A stretch of 64,000 nucleotides of DNA from Verrucomicrobiota bacterium (GTDB lineage Bacteria > Verrucomicrobiota > Verrucomicrobiia > Opitutales > Seribacteraceae), in NCBI GenBank assembly GCA_027622665.1, contig JAQBYT010000016.1, positions 1-64,000 of the forward strand, given 5' to 3'. The notes beneath the pieces were generated by a model. It had not been told where the DNA came from. It was given only the letters and a program-made list of their open reading frames with translations, and made no database searches. The position numbers were made by a program, and so were the translations under genes. This document shows, piece by piece, positions 1 to 9,660 of the stretch (positions are counted from its first letter, which is position 1; each line of letters starts with the position of its first letter).

Positions 1-159
1 TGTTACCTGTTGAGTGGCGATGTAGGTAGTGCCCTCGTGAATGACGAGACTACCGACATCGTAATCTCCAGATGCCCAGTTACTAGGAACCGCAGCAGAG
101 ACCGACAAGAAGGGTAGCAACAAGATTGAAAGGGTAAATAAAAGTGAGCGTGGATTCAT
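1..159 (-). CDS. N-terminus of a secreted protein with a CBM5/12 (ChtBD3)-like module; runs off the left edge
   Basis: Hand translation from ATG at 159: MNPRSLLFTLSILLLPFLSVSA-AVPSNWASGDYDVGSLVIHEGTTYIATQQVT; signal peptide then W-x4-Y-x2-G-x2-V-x3-G-x2-Y-x-A pattern. Not in ORF track (truncated). Confidence 0.65.
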   Translation of the reverse strand, partial: MNPRSLLFTLSILLLPFLSVSAAVPSNWASGDYDVGSLVIHEGTTYIATQQVT

Positions 160-564
160 GTGGTGATTCCGGTGGTACTTGTTTAGCAGGGTGCGTTTAG
201 TGAATATGGGGCTAAGCTGGAAAGAGTAAACATGGTAGTAGTTTTAACAATTCGGTGAGTTTTTAAGAGAAGGCAAGATTTTTTTTCCAGAATGGGTAGA
301 TCCATCAGTGAATTAATTGGCTTTGATAAATTGCTTTGGAGTGCGGTTCGTATGGGACTACTGCTGGGCAAATTAATGGAAACGAAATTATCTTCGCATG
401 AACTTGTAACGATTAAGCGACGAGAGCGCATCCATTTCGAAAAAACCCAAGCAGGGTTTATCGACCGAAGTTACCCCAGAAAGGGGCATTCGAGATAAAG
501 TGAAACGTCATCGTCATACTTGGCCAAGAAAGAGCATTTTTCTGAAATCTCTTTTTCAGGTCAA

Positions 565-1586
565 TCAATCCCCTTTGGTTCGCTTGTCGGTTCCCGTGGG
601 CGGCAGATGGTCGACGAACCCTGGCTTGGTGCGCCGCAGTTCGGTGATTGTCTGGGCATGCATCTTGGCCAAGCGGGCGCCGTGCTTCTTAAGCAAGGCC
701 AAGTTGGTCAACTCCGCGGGATCTTCCCGAAGGTCGTAGAGTTCCTCGATTTCATCTTCCTCGAAGGTGCGGATGTATTTGTCGCGACCATCATGTGGGG
801 AAGCACACCACGGCACTTGGGCCACCTTGCGCAATTCCTCCAAGTCGGTCGGTATAGCATTGGTGTCGGAGTCGTATTTGCGGCCCGTGAACACGGTGAG
901 AGCGGAGCGCTTCTTTGCCTGCTCGGGCTTCTTCAGCAAGGGGGTGAGGTCACGGCCATGCATTTCCCAGGGCAAATCGATTCCCGCAAAGGAAAAGAAG
1001 GTGGGCGCAACTTCCACTCCGCTGACTGGCGAGGCACAGGTCTTGCCACTGGGCAATTGAGCAGGCATCGACACGATGAAGGGGCAGCGTATGTTGGCGT
1101 CGTAGGCGGCCACCTTTTGGTACGAAGGCCATGCTGTCCCAAGGCAAAACCTTGGTCGAAAGTAAAGAGGATCAGCGTGTTGTCGTATTGGCCGGTTTCC
1201 TTGAGTGCGTTGATCAACTTGCCAACGCACTCGTCGAGAGCCAGGACACCTTGGTGGTATTGGCGAATCCTACTGTTCAGGTCGCTAACGTGGATGCCTC
1301 GACTGAGACTTTACTGGCCCGTGGCGCGGCGACTGACCTTGAGATGAGGCTGACCAATCCGCTCCCTTGAACCAAAGGGGATATCCTCCATATAGGCGGG
1401 CTTGCCGGACCGTGGGGGATAAACGTCGACGGGAATTGGGGTCTTGGCATCGGGACAGTCCTCTAGGTAACCGTTCACGGTGCGATGGGAATGATCATCC
1501 GTGTAGATGAACAGGATATTGGGCTTGGTCTTCGCATGGGCAATGGAAGCCAAAAGAAAGGTGAGGATGAGGAGTGGACGATTCAT
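565..1586 (-). pseudogene. Fragmented arylsulfatase-family sulfatase
   Basis: Three frames give consecutive sulfatase pieces: signal+KPNILFIYTDDH (1311-1586), LKETGQYDNTLILFTFDQGFALGQHG (933-1217), KVAAYDANIRCPFIV...ELYDLREDPAELTNLA (565-1230). CxPxR catalytic motif absent. Confidence 0.8.
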
Positions 1587-1724
1587 GGTCGGATTAGTGG
1601 AGAAGAACTTCCCATTGCTTCATCATTTGAACAAGCTACTTCCCGTAACCATGTGTTCATAAAGAAAACCAGACAAGCTAGGAGACAAACAGCGTACCTT
1701 GACCTCATCGAAAACCAAAAACCA

Positions 1725-2600
1725 TCAGGGAGACAACTTGTGGGCATTAAGGATAAAACCGGGAATATTGGGATTTTGCTCAATCCGCTTGAGGACGAAA
1801 CGGGAAGGGTTTTTGGCTATAGATAGGGTCTCTCTTCCTCCGGAAGTCATGAAGTAGTAGAAACCGGTTTTGTCTCTAGCGATACCACCGTTCCAGTTGG
1901 TACGAAAATTGTAGGAGCGCTTGCCAGGATCAAGATCCCAATGGTTAACCGAGTAGCGACCCGCGCCAAAGGGATGCCAATGCCCATTCAATTTGCGTTT
2001 CCAGCCATTGCGATGATGGCTTGTACGAGCATTCACGCCAGTCTCCAACCAGTCCTCGATGAATGCGCCTGTTCCGCCTTCGAAGTAGGCATTCTTCACC
2101 GCAACGTCCATCGTTACCAAATGAGCCCATTTTCCGGTTTTGCCAGAGCGCGACCAAAAAGCATAGTACATATGATCGGCAACAGGCCAGCAACGGGCCG
2201 CCAGTGTGTACCAAGTGTCAACATCCCAACCCAAAGTGAAATTCCATGATTTCAGACCGGTACCCTCGCCGCCAAACTTCTCAATCTCCGTACCAGGTCC
2301 CTTATGAGCAACCTTAATGGGTGCCGTATGACTTTTGTTATCCCATATCGAAAAGATGAAATTATGAGCCTTGGGATGCGCCTGTATCCCGGCGTATCCC
2401 GAGGCCTTTCCGCTCCAACCGAGAGTCTCGTAATAGGTGTACGTAGCCTCACCGGATTTTGGGACACGCACATCGTTGACTATGATATCGCCGGCGAAAT
2501 GATCATCAAACCCCAAGTGCGAAGACGGAGCGGCGTTTTCTCCCGCAAAGCCGGAAGTCTGAAATCCCGCAAGAAGCAAAAAGTGAAAACTAAATCTCAT
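1725..2600 (-). CDS. Secreted DUF3472-like domain protein
   Basis: Signal peptide from MRFSF (2600); motifs GYAGIQ, FIFSIWD, FGGEGTG, FIEDW recalled as typical of DUF3472/DUF5077 proteins. Confidence 0.65.
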   Translation of the reverse strand: MRFSFHFLLLAGFQTSGFAGENAAPSSHLGFDDHFAGDIIVNDVRVPKSGEATYTYYETLGWSGKASGYAGIQAHPKAHNFIFSIWDNKSHTAPIKVAHKGPGTEIEKFGGEGTGLKSWNFTLGWDVDTWYTLAARCWPVADHMYYAFWSRSGKTGKWAHLVTMDVAVKNAYFEGGTGAFIEDWLETGVNARTSHHRNGWKRKLNGHWHPFGAGRYSVNHWDLDPGKRSYNFRTNWNGGIARDKTGFYYFMTSGGRETLSIAKNPSRFVLKRIEQNPNIPGFILNAHKLSP

Positions 2601-2652
2601 CACGCCAAAGATTGAGGACATACGATCAAAATCCTAAGCAAAAAATCTCTCA

Positions 2653-4110
2653 TCATCGCAATCCGAGGTCGTTGTCACGCACCGCCGCCAGCTTGGCTGC
2701 CATCTTCTTCTGAAACGCCTTCACCGCGGGCTGATATTTCTTCTTTTTAGCTAAATTAACGAACTGCTTGGGATCTTTCTCAACATCAAAGAGCTCAAGA
2801 CCATTCTGGGCCTTTTCCCCGTACTGGATATAGGCCCACTTTTCCTCACGCAAAAGGAAGCCCTTTCGGGCGGGGGCCACGCAAAAGGCAGCATCGCGAA
2901 CTTTGTGGTTGGGATCATCCAGCATCATGGAAACGTCTTTTCCCTGAAGGCGTTCTTGCTCCTGCAGACCGCAAAGGCCGGACAAGGTGGGATAGAGGTC
3001 GAGCAGTTCCACGAAGGAATGGCAAACGGCGGGCTTCTTGCCAGGGGCACATATAATGAGAGGCACCTGGGAGGATTCGTCGCGCAAGCTCACCTTGGCC
3101 CAAAAGTCATGCTCGCCCAAATGGTAGCCATGGTCGCTGGTGAAAATGACGATGGTCTTGTCCCGCAAGCCTGCCTCGTCGAGAGCAGTCAACACCTTGC
3201 CCACTTGGGCGTCCATGTAGGCGACCGAGGCATAGTAACCACCGACGGATTTTTTTTGGCGGCGGATATCCATCTTCATATTGGAACTGGTGCAGTAATT
3301 GATGCCCGCCTTGGGAATATCATCCCAGTCTCCGGGTATCTTGAGGGGCAGGACCATCTTGCTGTAGGGCTTGAATGGCGAGTAATAGGATCGCGGCGCA
3401 ACAAAGGGAACGTGCGGACGCACAAAGCCAACACCCAGCCAGAATGGCTTGTCCTTGTGCCGGTGAATCAGTTCCACGGCTTTTTTCGCGGTTTTGCCGT
3501 CGGAGTGCACTAGGTCATCCCCGTCGGCTTCCACCACGACAAAGGTGTTTCCTCCCACTGCAGGTTTCTTCCCATCGGGATTGTTCTGCAGGGTTTCCCC
3601 GTCGCCCGGGGCCTTCCATTCGGGACCTTTGCTGTTGAACCTCTCCGTCCAGGAAGCCTCGTCGTCCGCCCCATGACTACCCTGCTCGATGCCGCCGGGG
3701 ACGCCCATGTGGTAAATCTTGCTGACCCGGGCACTGTAGTAGCCGTTGTTCTTGAAGTGCTGCGACCAAGTGACGCGATTCCCGATCTGCGGACGAGGGC
3801 TCTTGTAGCCCAAGGCCCCGGTCGCGTGCGGGTAATACCCCGACATGAAACTGGCTCGCGACGGCCCACAGTAGGTGCCTTGGCAATAAGCACGGGTAAA
3901 ACGCGTGCCGCGTGCCGCCAAGCTGTCGATGTTCGGAGTCTTGCAGACCGTGTTGCCGTAACAGGACAAGGCGGTCGAGGTAAGGTCGTCCGATATGATG
4001 AAAAGCACATTGAGCTTGTCCTTTGCAGTGGCGGAGTACCCAAAATTCAAAAGGACGATAAAAGCGAGACGACTATCGAGATTAAATTTCAACTTAAGTA
4101 TGGTCCTCAT
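2653..4110 (-). CDS. Sulfatase (S1, iduronate-2-sulfatase/choline-sulfatase-like)
   Basis: NVLFIISDDL, CGPSRASFMSG formylglycine motif, RPHVP, TSDHGYHLGEH. Confidence 0.92.
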   Translation of the reverse strand: MRTILKLKFNLDSRLAFIVLLNFGYSATAKDKLNVLFIISDDLTSTALSCYGNTVCKTPNIDSLAARGTRFTRAYCQGTYCGPSRASFMSGYYPHATGALGYKSPRPQIGNRVTWSQHFKNNGYYSARVSKIYHMGVPGGIEQGSHGADDEASWTERFNSKGPEWKAPGDGETLQNNPDGKKPAVGGNTFVVVEADGDDLVHSDGKTAKKAVELIHRHKDKPFWLGVGFVRPHVPFVAPRSYYSPFKPYSKMVLPLKIPGDWDDIPKAGINYCTSSNMKMDIRRQKKSVGGYYASVAYMDAQVGKVLTALDEAGLRDKTIVIFTSDHGYHLGEHDFWAKVSLRDESSQVPLIICAPGKKPAVCHSFVELLDLYPTLSGLCGLQEQERLQGKDVSMMLDDPNHKVRDAAFCVAPARKGFLLREEKWAYIQYGEKAQNGLELFDVEKDPKQFVNLAKKKKYQPAVKAFQKKMAAKLAAVRDNDLGLR

Positions 4111-4290
4111 TAGCGAATTTTTTGAACCCATAAGAGATACAATGCAACGCCAACTCGACTCCCGTACCGTTATTATGATGTGACGCGAAAGGCTCTAACA
4201 TAATAGCTCACTAGCCAAGGAGCACTTATTTGTTGAGCTGGATTGAATATGTCGATTATTAAGGAAAATAGAGAATCCGATCTCATTGCC

Positions 4291-4833
4291 ATGACTCTGG
4301 AAGACTTCTTTGCCACCGTGTACAAAGGCCTCTTGGAAAACAAGGGGTTAATTACCGTCGCCTCGGTGTCAATTCCCGTGGTGGGTACACTTGGGGCATG
4401 GATTGGGAAGAGCGGGAAAACGGAGAAGGATGGAATCTTTCTCGCCAACCTAGTAATCTGGATTGCCACCGGCGTGTTTGCCTTCGCGGTGATCGTGTCC
4501 CTCATTGGGATGTCGATGATGGGAAAAAGCCTTTTGCAAGGAGACCTTGTGCTCCTTTGCGCACCCATTTTCTGCGTAGTGGGGACCTTCTTCGGCATAA
4601 GAAAAGTTTTTCCGCTGGGAGAACTCTCCAGCACCTATACCTTGAAGGACGTAGGGATTTTCTTGATTGGTTGCTTGGTCGTCTGGTTCATCTTCAAGAC
4701 CTTTCGTGGTTGGGGTATCCTCTTCTTCGGCAGCGTGCTCCAATTGGTCGCATGGCTAGTGGCCGGCTATTGGTTGATGAGAAGATTGGCCAAGCGCGCT
4801 TTTGGCAAAACAAAAATCTATAGCAACAAGTAA
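4291..4833 (+). CDS. Hypothetical integral membrane protein (~5 TM)
   Basis: Long ORF with several hydrophobic segments; start uncertain (4243/4249/4291). Confidence 0.6.
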   Translation: MTLEDFFATVYKGLLENKGLITVASVSIPVVGTLGAWIGKSGKTEKDGIFLANLVIWIATGVFAFAVIVSLIGMSMMGKSLLQGDLVLLCAPIFCVVGTFFGIRKVFPLGELSSTYTLKDVGIFLIGCLVVWFIFKTFRGWGILFFGSVLQLVAWLVAGYWLMRRLAKRAFGKTKIYSNK

Positions 4834-4984
4834 GCTACAATCTCCGCAAACAGCTTAAAAACTGGCATTCCAGATCAAAAAGACTATCCCTTGGCTACTT
4901 CATCCCTTCAACATCATTAGAGGATGCAAACGAATGAATATGGAAACTAGACTTGATTTACTATAAAATCTCAGGAAACCTAAC

Positions 4985-5344
4985 TTGGATTATAAGAGTA
5001 AAGTGAACCCAATACCCCAAGACGACATTTCCTCAAACCGAGAGAAATCGGTTAATTCCGAAGATTTGGAGCATACCGCTCGGCGTCTTTTTCAAGGATT
5101 AGTCACGCCCAACGAACGACAAAAGCTCCAACAGCGATTAGGTCGCGACCCAAATTTTCGGCGAACTCATCACAAAGTTCGTCGCGAACGTTCCCTATTG
5201 CGAGACAGTTGGACATCCATCAAGAAAATCTCAAAGGCACCCTTCTCTCGATCGAACAAGGCATCGAAATTCCTTTCTCCACGCAGACTTAAACTTCTAT
5301 TCGGTCCCAAAAGTAAACCAAGCACCACAAGCGATAAGAGATAA
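4985..5344 (+). CDS. Small basic hypothetical protein
   Basis: 119-aa ORF in an AT-richer gap; LFQGLVTPNERQKLQQRLGRDPNFRR resembles N-termini of anti-sigma/FecR-type proteins; start uncertain. Confidence 0.35.
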   Translation: MDYKSKVNPIPQDDISSNREKSVNSEDLEHTARRLFQGLVTPNERQKLQQRLGRDPNFRRTHHKVRRERSLLRDSWTSIKKISKAPFSRSNKASKFLSPRRLKLLFGPKSKPSTTSDKR

Positions 5345-5715
5345 TCTTGATATAACTTTCAAAAAATTAACCCTTAGCTACTTCAGGCCCTAAAAACAAC
5401 GACCTTGGATGGCAGTTATGTAGAATGGCACAAGTGAATAATATGCAACCCTTTGCAGTTGCGTTTCCGAAGGGCAAGATGTCTAATATGCACAACACTT
5501 ATCCTTGATGAAAAGCCGTTTATGTAAACCGTTGGCACCTGGTATGGCCAATATACGAATTTCGTAGCCCGAAACGCAGTCGCTTCGGCGGGGTGCGTTT
5601 TGGGCAAAGTTTTCCTTACCTCGATTCAACCGCCTTTTCTATCTTCCGGCACAGTTGAGACATTTTCTTTTAGCTAAGTATTATACTCGAATACTAAAAA
5701 ATTTCCTTACATGTC

Positions 5716-7326
5716 ATGAACGACCAATCCAATTCCAAAGTACTGATATACGACACCACCTTGCGAGACGGTTCGCAGGGAGAAGGTGTTTCGTTCACCG
5801 TAACTGCAAAAATGCGGGTGGCCGAAAAGCTCGACCAGTTCGGCATCGACTATATCGAGGGTGGCTGGCCCGGGTCTAACCCGAGGGACATGGCCTTCTT
5901 CGAAAAGGCGGGTGGTCTGGATCTGAAACACGCAAAGTTGGCGTCCTTCGGTTCCACTCGCCGGGCAAACATAGCCGTAGAAGAAGATGCCCAAATTCAG
6001 CTTTTGCTTGATGCCTCCACCCCCGTAGTCACCATATTCGGGAAGAGCTGGCTTTTGCACGTAACCGAGGTGATCCGCACCACCCCGGAGGAGAACTTGG
6101 CGATGATCGAGGATTCCGTCCGCTACCTCAAGGAGCAAGGGAAGGAGGTCGTCTACGACGCCGAACACTTCTACGACGGTTATCTCGACAACCCCGAGTA
6201 CGCCCTCTCCACCTTGGAAGCGGCGGAACGAGGCGGTGCCGACTTTCTCGTGCTTTGCGAGACCAATGGCGGCAAGCTCGTGCCGCAGGTAGAGAAAATC
6301 ACGGGAACGGTGGTGGAGCGATTTCCCTCCACTCGTGTCGGCGTGCATTGCCACAACGACATTGGCGTAGGCGTGGCCGTGAGCTTGGCGGGACTGGAAG
6401 CCGGAGCCGTCATGGTGCAGGGCACGATGAACGGTTATGGCGAGCGCAATGGGAATGCCAACTTGACCACCATCATTCCCAACCTTTCCCTTAAAATGGA
6501 CAGGAGTATGAACTGCCAACCGAACTTGGCCAAATTACGAGACCTCTCCCTATTCGTGGACGACGCGACCAACCTCCGACCGGATATTCGAGCACCATAC
6601 GTTGGATCAGCCTCCTTTGCCCACAAGGGAGGCGTTCACGCCGACGCCGCCTCCAAGTCCGACCGCAGCTACGAGCACATCGACCCGGAGATGGTGGGCA
6701 ACCGTTCGCGCGTGCTCGTCTCCGACATGTCGGGACGCAGCAGCATCATGATGAAGGCAAAGGAAATGGGCGTCGACGTGGATTCTCGATCACCCGAAAT
6801 GAAGACTTTTCTCGAGGAGTTGAAGAAGCTCGAATTTCGAGGCTATGAATACGAAGCGGCCGATGCCTCCTTCGACTTGCTTCTGCGACGGTTCCTGCGC
6901 GGGGCCAATGCGCCCTTCGAAGTGATCCGCTATCACGTCGGCATAGCCCGCGACGAAGCGGACGGTGAATCCAATTCCGAAGCCACCGTAAAATTGCGGG
7001 TGGGCGACCGAGTGAATCATGCCGTGGCCGAGGGCAACGGTCCAGTCTCGGCTCTCGACCACGCCCTGCGCAAGGCTCTAGAAAAGGATTTTCCCGCCAT
7101 TGCGGAAGTTCGTCTCATCGACTTTAAGGTGCGGATACTCGAAAGCAACTTGGGAACCGATGCCATCACCCGGGTGCACATCGAATCGACGGACGGGAAA
7201 GACACCTGGGGTACGATCGGGGTAAGCGACAACGTAATCGAGGCCAGCTGGGAAGCGCTCGTCGACGCGGTCGAGTACAAACTGACCTCCGATGCGAGTG
7301 GTGATGGCTCCGAAGAGCGAGTCTAG
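5716..7326 (+). CDS. cimA: Citramalate synthase
   Basis: YDTTLRDGSQGEG, EGGWPGSNP, DAEHF, HCHND, GERNGNANL, HKGGVH, LeuA-type C-terminal regulatory domain (GNGPVSALD). Confidence 0.93.
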   Translation: MNDQSNSKVLIYDTTLRDGSQGEGVSFTVTAKMRVAEKLDQFGIDYIEGGWPGSNPRDMAFFEKAGGLDLKHAKLASFGSTRRANIAVEEDAQIQLLLDASTPVVTIFGKSWLLHVTEVIRTTPEENLAMIEDSVRYLKEQGKEVVYDAEHFYDGYLDNPEYALSTLEAAERGGADFLVLCETNGGKLVPQVEKITGTVVERFPSTRVGVHCHNDIGVGVAVSLAGLEAGAVMVQGTMNGYGERNGNANLTTIIPNLSLKMDRSMNCQPNLAKLRDLSLFVDDATNLRPDIRAPYVGSASFAHKGGVHADAASKSDRSYEHIDPEMVGNRSRVLVSDMSGRSSIMMKAKEMGVDVDSRSPEMKTFLEELKKLEFRGYEYEAADASFDLLLRRFLRGANAPFEVIRYHVGIARDEADGESNSEATVKLRVGDRVNHAVAEGNGPVSALDHALRKALEKDFPAIAEVRLIDFKVRILESNLGTDAITRVHIESTDGKDTWGTIGVSDNVIEASWEALVDAVEYKLTSDASGDGSEERV

Positions 7327-7395
7327 CTAGCCGAACTTGGTACCGAGCGACGCCCCCCACGGTTGGCCGCCACTCATTTCGTAGCGGTCGATGCG

Positions 7396-8247
7396 CTAAC
7401 CCGATAGGGAAAGGGTGGAATGGGAGACCTGAGGGCCGAGCGGATGCCAAATTTCCGGATTGGTCGTTCGAAAAAAAACATGAGTGGAAATCCCTAGGGC
7501 CGCCGCCAGATGGCCGGGACCGCTGTCGTTGCCCATGAAATGAGCCGCCTTCTCCAAGAGAAGTTCAGTCAAATCGGAGTTGCTTACCGGCTGGACGAAT
7601 TCGACTCTTTCGTGAAAGGCGAGATCGGTCGTGTAGACTTCCTCTTCAAGTTCTTCATCCGCCTCGCCGAAGGAAAAGACGACGCGACCTTGATCATCGT
7701 CGGCAAGCCAAGCCTCAGCCTGCCCGACAAAAACGCTCAGTGGTATATTTTTTTCAGTGGAACCGCTGCCGGGATGCAGCCAGAGAGAAGTGCCTGCGGG
7801 GGGGGAGCTTTCGAGCCAAGACCTCTCCAACAAGTCCTTCGGGACGGGCAGGTTCGCATCCTCGAACATTCGGGCACTGACGTGAGGAGGAGAATCAGGC
7901 CTTGACGCCAAAACCCTAACCTCGGCAGCTCCGGCCCGGCCAAGCTCATCGAGCCAATCATCATCGCTCCAAAAGGTGAAGACGGTGGCCCCTTGGACAA
8001 AGTCGGCTTTCTTTGCGTCGAAGATGTCGGCGTCACCCAGTTTCAAGGAAAAGCCAAGGGCATCGACAAAAGCAAAGTAACGGGGACGTGTAATCAGGAG
8101 AACTTCATCGAAGTGCCGGCCAATCACTCGCAACAAAGGAACGGTGAGGACAAAATCGCCCAAACCACCGGTACGGAAAAGAATGGCTTTTCGAGACTGT
8201 GAATCGGCTTTTTTCTTAGTTCCCAATATCGGCGATATATTTGGCAA
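7396..8247 (-). CDS. Glycosyltransferase family 9 (heptosyltransferase-like)
   Basis: GGLGDFVLT, LHPGSGS..K, GNDSGPGHLAAALG, W.PLG. Confidence 0.85.
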   Translation of the reverse strand: MPNISPILGTKKKADSQSRKAILFRTGGLGDFVLTVPLLRVIGRHFDEVLLITRPRYFAFVDALGFSLKLGDADIFDAKKADFVQGATVFTFWSDDDWLDELGRAGAAEVRVLASRPDSPPHVSARMFEDANLPVPKDLLERSWLESSPPAGTSLWLHPGSGSTEKNIPLSVFVGQAEAWLADDDQGRVVFSFGEADEELEEEVYTTDLAFHERVEFVQPVSNSDLTELLLEKAAHFMGNDSGPGHLAAALGISTHVFFRTTNPEIWHPLGPQVSHSTLSLSG

Positions 8248-8285
8248 AATGCTTCACGACGTCAAGGAAGGCGAATCAAACGAAC

Positions 8286-9644
8286 CTAGCCGATGTTTTC
8301 CAAAATGAAGCTCTCTATCGATTCCTTCGTCGGCTCGACGGAATACTTGACGATTTCCTTGTCCTTGAGAATTTCCAGAGACGAGACAATCGGCTCGGGT
8401 AAGCCCGCTTCTTGAATGACGGCAGGAAATTTGGCGGGGTGGGCGGTGGCAAGAACGAGGTGAGATCGGTCGGGGTCGAGATCCTTGAATGAACAAGCTG
8501 TATGAGGGTCGACCAAGTACCCGTACTTGGCATGGATAGATTTTATGATTTTAGGAATTTCGGGATCGGATACCCGAGAACTGGAAAAACCAAGATCAGA
8601 GAATTTCTCGAACCGAACGCTTCCCGTTTGACAAAAGTTCGACATAAATTGGCACACCTGTTTGGAATCGCCTTCAAGGAAATAGTAGAGAAAGCGCTCA
8701 AAATTGGAAGCGACCTGAATGTCCATCGAGGGCGCGAAACTGGGAGAAACCGGACCAAGCGCGTATTCACCGGTTTGAAAAAGACGATGCAGAACGTCGT
8801 TTCGGTTAGTCGCCACCCGAAACTCACAAATAGGGACTTCCATTCGGGAAAGAAGCCATCCCGCGAAAACGTTTCCAAAGTTGCCCGTTGGTACGACGAA
8901 GATCGTTTCTTCCCGCTTATCCTTGGGCAGGCGCAGCCAAGCGCTCAGGTAATAGACGCTCTGGGCCAAGATCCGGGCAAGGTTTATGGAGTTGACCGCG
9001 GAAAGCCCCACCCGCTCCTTGAAATCATGATCGTTGAACACTTCCTTCAGAGCGGTTTGGGCAACGTCGAAGGTTCCCTCAATCGCCAAGGGAAAAACAT
9101 TGGGGGCGCCGGTGCAAGTCATCTGCCTTTCCTGCAAAGGCGACACCCGGCCATTGGGATAAAGAATGAACACGTTTACGCCCCTTTTGCCGAGGAGACC
9201 TGAAATGGCAGCAGCTCCGGTGTCTCCCGAGGTAGCCCCTAGAACGGAAAGGTCCTGACCCGTGCGGCTAATCTGGTCTTCGTAAAGGTTGCCGAGCAAC
9301 TGTAAAGCGAAGTCCTTGAAGGCGAGGGTGGGACCGTGAAAGAGCTCAAGCACCGACAGCTTGTCGTCAAGATGGCGAATGGGAGCGATTTCGGGATGAG
9401 CGAAATCTTTGTAGGAGGCTTCCACCATTCGGGCCAGCGACGATTGCTCGAGATCGTCCGCAAATAGCTCAAAAAAGGCGAGACACAGCTCAGGGTAAGA
9501 CAGTTTTTCCCACTCGGCTAGCCATGGTCGCAAGTCCGGAAGCTCCTCCGGCAGGTAGAGTCCACCGTCGGGAGCAAGACCTTGGGCGACGGCGGCGGAA
9601 AAGGAGACCGGCGGCGCTTCGCCCCTCGTGCTGACGAATCGCAT
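8286..9644 (-). CDS. thrC: Threonine synthase
   Basis: MRFVSTRG start at 9644, GLAPDGGLY, ELFHGPTLAFKD, ATSGDTG, VPTGNFGN, TAHPAKF. Confidence 0.96.
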   Translation of the reverse strand: MRFVSTRGEAPPVSFSAAVAQGLAPDGGLYLPEELPDLRPWLAEWEKLSYPELCLAFFELFADDLEQSSLARMVEASYKDFAHPEIAPIRHLDDKLSVLELFHGPTLAFKDFALQLLGNLYEDQISRTGQDLSVLGATSGDTGAAAISGLLGKRGVNVFILYPNGRVSPLQERQMTCTGAPNVFPLAIEGTFDVAQTALKEVFNDHDFKERVGLSAVNSINLARILAQSVYYLSAWLRLPKDKREETIFVVPTGNFGNVFAGWLLSRMEVPICEFRVATNRNDVLHRLFQTGEYALGPVSPSFAPSMDIQVASNFERFLYYFLEGDSKQVCQFMSNFCQTGSVRFEKFSDLGFSSSRVSDPEIPKIIKSIHAKYGYLVDPHTACSFKDLDPDRSHLVLATAHPAKFPAVIQEAGLPEPIVSSLEILKDKEIVKYSVEPTKESIESFILENIG

Positions 9645-9660
9645 GACGCGGATTGTCGAT

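Noticed and set aside
520..1347. 275-aa plus-strand ORF
   Set aside because: Antisense to the sulfatase remnant; no recognisable motifs
5416..5715. Ile/Leu attenuator leader peptide for cimA
   Set aside because: Short upstream ORFs checked are not enriched in Ile/Leu/Val and no U-tailed terminator precedes cimA
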